DNA of 64,000 nt, taken from positions 248,001-312,000 of the forward strand of contig RSEE01000039.1 of assembly GCA_003971905.1 (NCBI GenBank). The letters are read 5' to 3'. The notes beneath the pieces were generated by a model. That model worked only from the letters and a program-made list of their open reading frames with translations, searched no databases and had not been told where the DNA came from. The stretch comes from Moniliella sp. 'wahieum'. Lineage: Eukaryota. Shown here in pieces: positions 61,341-64,000 of this stretch. A program made the translations under genes and the position numbers. How positions within the stretch are numbered: the first letter of the stretch is position 1; the number at the start of each line of letters is the position of its first letter.

Positions 61341-64000
61341 TTTCCCCCTTTCAGACCTCACCTCCCCGGCGTTGGAGAAGGCGGGGGCAAGGGTCACACG
61401 ACGGGCGCGGGAAACAGGCTTGTCGGGTATACATCGCATGGAAACGAACCACCACGACGGCGTCATGGGACATGTCCGCAGCTGGCACCCACACCCGCTC
61501 GTGGACAGGTGTAGCCTCGGAAATGGACAAGGTAATACTCCCGATGTCCACCGTGATCCTTACGGCGGGAGTCAAGAACCTCCTGGACCTCGTGATGAAC
61601 CGTCCCATTGTCTGCATATTCGGGAAAGGGTGGAGGGGGCTCGACCAAGCGGTTAGAGACCTCGTCGCCCGGACTGTAGACGCACAACCGGGAGAAGTGG
61701 AATACATCGTGGATATGAAGCCAACCAGGCAGGCGAACTTGATACGCAGCACGGACGACAGCACGGACGATTGGAAAGGGTCCCAGGTAGCGGTAATTCA
61801 ACCCGTCAGACGGACGTTGAGTGGATAAGTAGCCATCGCGACGGACCAAAACTGGTTGACCAACTTCAAAGGAGTCGGCCTCGGCGCGATGCTGATCATA
61901 CAGCGTAGTGCCGATACCGCTCCTGGGCTGCGGCTAGCGTCTTCCGAGCTACGGCCTGGGCCGAGCGGAGACCCTCGAGGTACGAAGCGGCGTCCGGCAC
62001 GACCGACGACTCAGCCGCTAACTCACCGCGGGGCGAGTAGCCATACGTAAGGAAAAAAGGGGACGCACCTGTGCTGGAGTGGGGAGAGAGTTGTAAGCAA
62101 AATCGGCCTTGGGGAGAAGATCAATCCAGTTTGACTGCTGCTCATCCAGGTAGCAACGAAGGTACTGCTCGAGAACCTGGTTCACCCTCTTCGTCTGTCC
62201 ATCCGATTGGGGTGATACGCCGTGCTGAGGCTAAGTGGATGCCCAAAAGTCACTGCACAGGACCCGCCAAAAGTGGCTCGCAAAAGTAGGACCGCGGTCG
62301 CTAACCAAGTGGCGCGGCAACCCATGGTAGCGGAAAACGTGGTGAACAAACTGGCGGGGCAAGCCGCGGCACCGTGTCCGTTGTATGGGCAGGAATGAAA
62401 TGCGCCATCTTGGTGAATCTGTCCACCACGACCAAGATGGCATCGAACCCCTTCGAGGGTAGCAGCTGGGTGATGTGGTCCATCGTCAAATGAGTCCATG
62501 GGCCTTGGGATGGGGCCATCAGGGGTTGGAGCAAGCCAGCAGGAGGACACCGCGGCACTTTGGTCCGCTTACAACGGTCGCAAGAGTGCACTATATGCCC
62601 ACGTCGGCCGACAGGCGAGGCCACCAATACTGCTACCGTACAAGCAACCGAGTCTGGTCCCTCCCTTCGTGTCCTTCCAGCGCGGAGTCGTGGGCCTGGA
62701 AAAAGACAGCCGCGCGGAGAGGGGCATCGGGAGGGGCTTAGATCTGCTCACCATGCCACAGGAGGCCATCGCGAACGGTAAGAGCATGAGGGGGAGTCGC
62801 GGGAGGTCGCAACGGCCCAACGGGAGTCGCGCGGCACCATATGTCGCGGATGCGCTGCTGGATCTCGTTGGCCGACAAGCATGCCATCACGGCGCGTCGG
62901 GCTGACTGGACATGATATCGGGCACAGCAGCTGAACGCTCAGAAACAGGCTCCAACAAGGTCTGAGGGGCAGCCTCGGCAGGCCAGAGGCGATGGAAAGA
63001 TCGGGGCGACGGGACAAGCATTCAGCAGCAGCATTCTTCGACCCGGATCGATACACCATGAGTAACCGGTAGGGCGACAAGGTCTAACGCCACAGGCCCT
63101 GCCGGCGGTTCAGGAGGCGCGGGGCGGAAGGTAGCGAACGCCTGTGGTCCGTAAGCACCTGGACCGTATCGACGCTCTCAGCATAGTAGCACCACACTTC
63201 GACGGCCGCCACAATGGCAAGCACCTCCTTCTCAGACGTGGTATAGTTGAGTTCGGCTGCGACAACCTTGCAAGAATGAAAGGCGACACGCCGCCAACGA
63301 CCATGCTCGTCCTTCTGGGCCAGCACGGCACCTAAGGCGGCGTCCGATGCGTCATCTCAATGCGGAGTGGCCGACTGTTGGGGTCAAAATGGCAAATGAC
63401 ATGGGGAGAAGCGAAGACCCTCTTGAGGTCGTCGAAGGAGCTTTGGCACGTAGGCGTCCAATCAAACCGCTGTGTCTTGCGGGTGAGGTCGGTAAGGGGT
63501 GCCGTAATGCGGGCATAGGAGCGAATGAAGTGGCGGTAGTAATTGGTAGACCCAAGGAACACAACTTGGCGGCTGGCCTTTGGCGTCGGCCATGCTTTGA
63601 TCGCTTCCACCTTAGCTGGATCCATTCCGATCTCCGTAGGCGTAACGACGTAGCCCAAATACTCTGTCCGGGAATGTGTGGAACTGGCACCTGTCAGGAT
63701 TAAGGTAGAGCCTGGAGGGCTGCAGACGCCCAACCCTCCGCAACATGCTCCTCGTGTGCCTTTCGTCTGACGAGAATACCAAGATATCGTCCATATATAC
63801 GCCAGCACCGAGACGTCGAGGAGGTCCTGAAGGAGCATTCGTTACGGATTGATGGACAGTGGCGGGTGCTTACAGAGATCGAACGGCATGATGAGGCACT
63901 CAAATGACCATACCGGGTACGAAAGGGCGTCTTGTACTCATCGCCCTTTTTGACCCTCAAAAGGTTGTACGCCCCACGGAGGTCAAGTTTGGTAAAAACG
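61160..64000 (-). mobile_element. Ty3/Gypsy chromovirus LTR retrotransposon (3' part: RT, RNase H, integrase, chromodomain, PPT, 3' LTR)
   Basis: [29 protein letters not shown] and YMDDILVFS; RNase H AELNYTTSEKEVLAIV; integrase CDRCKRTK, VVVDRFTKMAHF, VSDRGPTF and STAYHP; GPF motif; chromodomain EVQEVLDSR...YLVHFRGY. The minus-strand polypurine tract AAAGGGGGAAA is followed by TGTCAC at 61340. Heavily frameshifted. Confidence 0.95.

Overview
This window is gene-dense eukaryotic DNA from a fungus, most likely a basidiomycete (inferred from the proteins and the short GT-AG introns with CTRAY-type branch points). About 22 protein-coding loci are recognisable. They include VMS1 (3' end), GLO1, RPP2, a PEX30-type peroxin, a PIB1-like FYVE-RING ligase, RPS20, a CipC-like protein, a divergent forkhead factor, SEC22, NDUFS3, a Tbf1-like Myb protein, a HINT3-like HIT protein, an S53 sedolisin, a Tvp38-like protein, USO1, a GH79 enzyme, an NAD-dependent epimerase, a Pmp3-family protein, and a Sec14 region that seems to run into an Iml2/TTC39 region. 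There is also an intron-containing tRNA-Ile(AAT) and the 3' half of a Ty3/Gypsy chromovirus. Most genes, including essential ones, carry 1-2 bp frameshifts. I read these as unpolished assembly errors, so many CDS ends are approximate. The most unusual signal is non-coding. Many upstream or divergent intergenic regions are packed with 7-bp-period arrays that follow one rule, the interrupted palindrome xy-T-N-A-y'x' (CCTGAGG, CTTGAAG, GTTGAAC, ATTGAAT, CGTTACG, GGTGACC, CATGATG, TGTCACA, GATGATC, GCTGAGC). The flanking bases switch within a single array while the symmetry and register are kept. All calls are from reading the sequence by eye; no searches were run.
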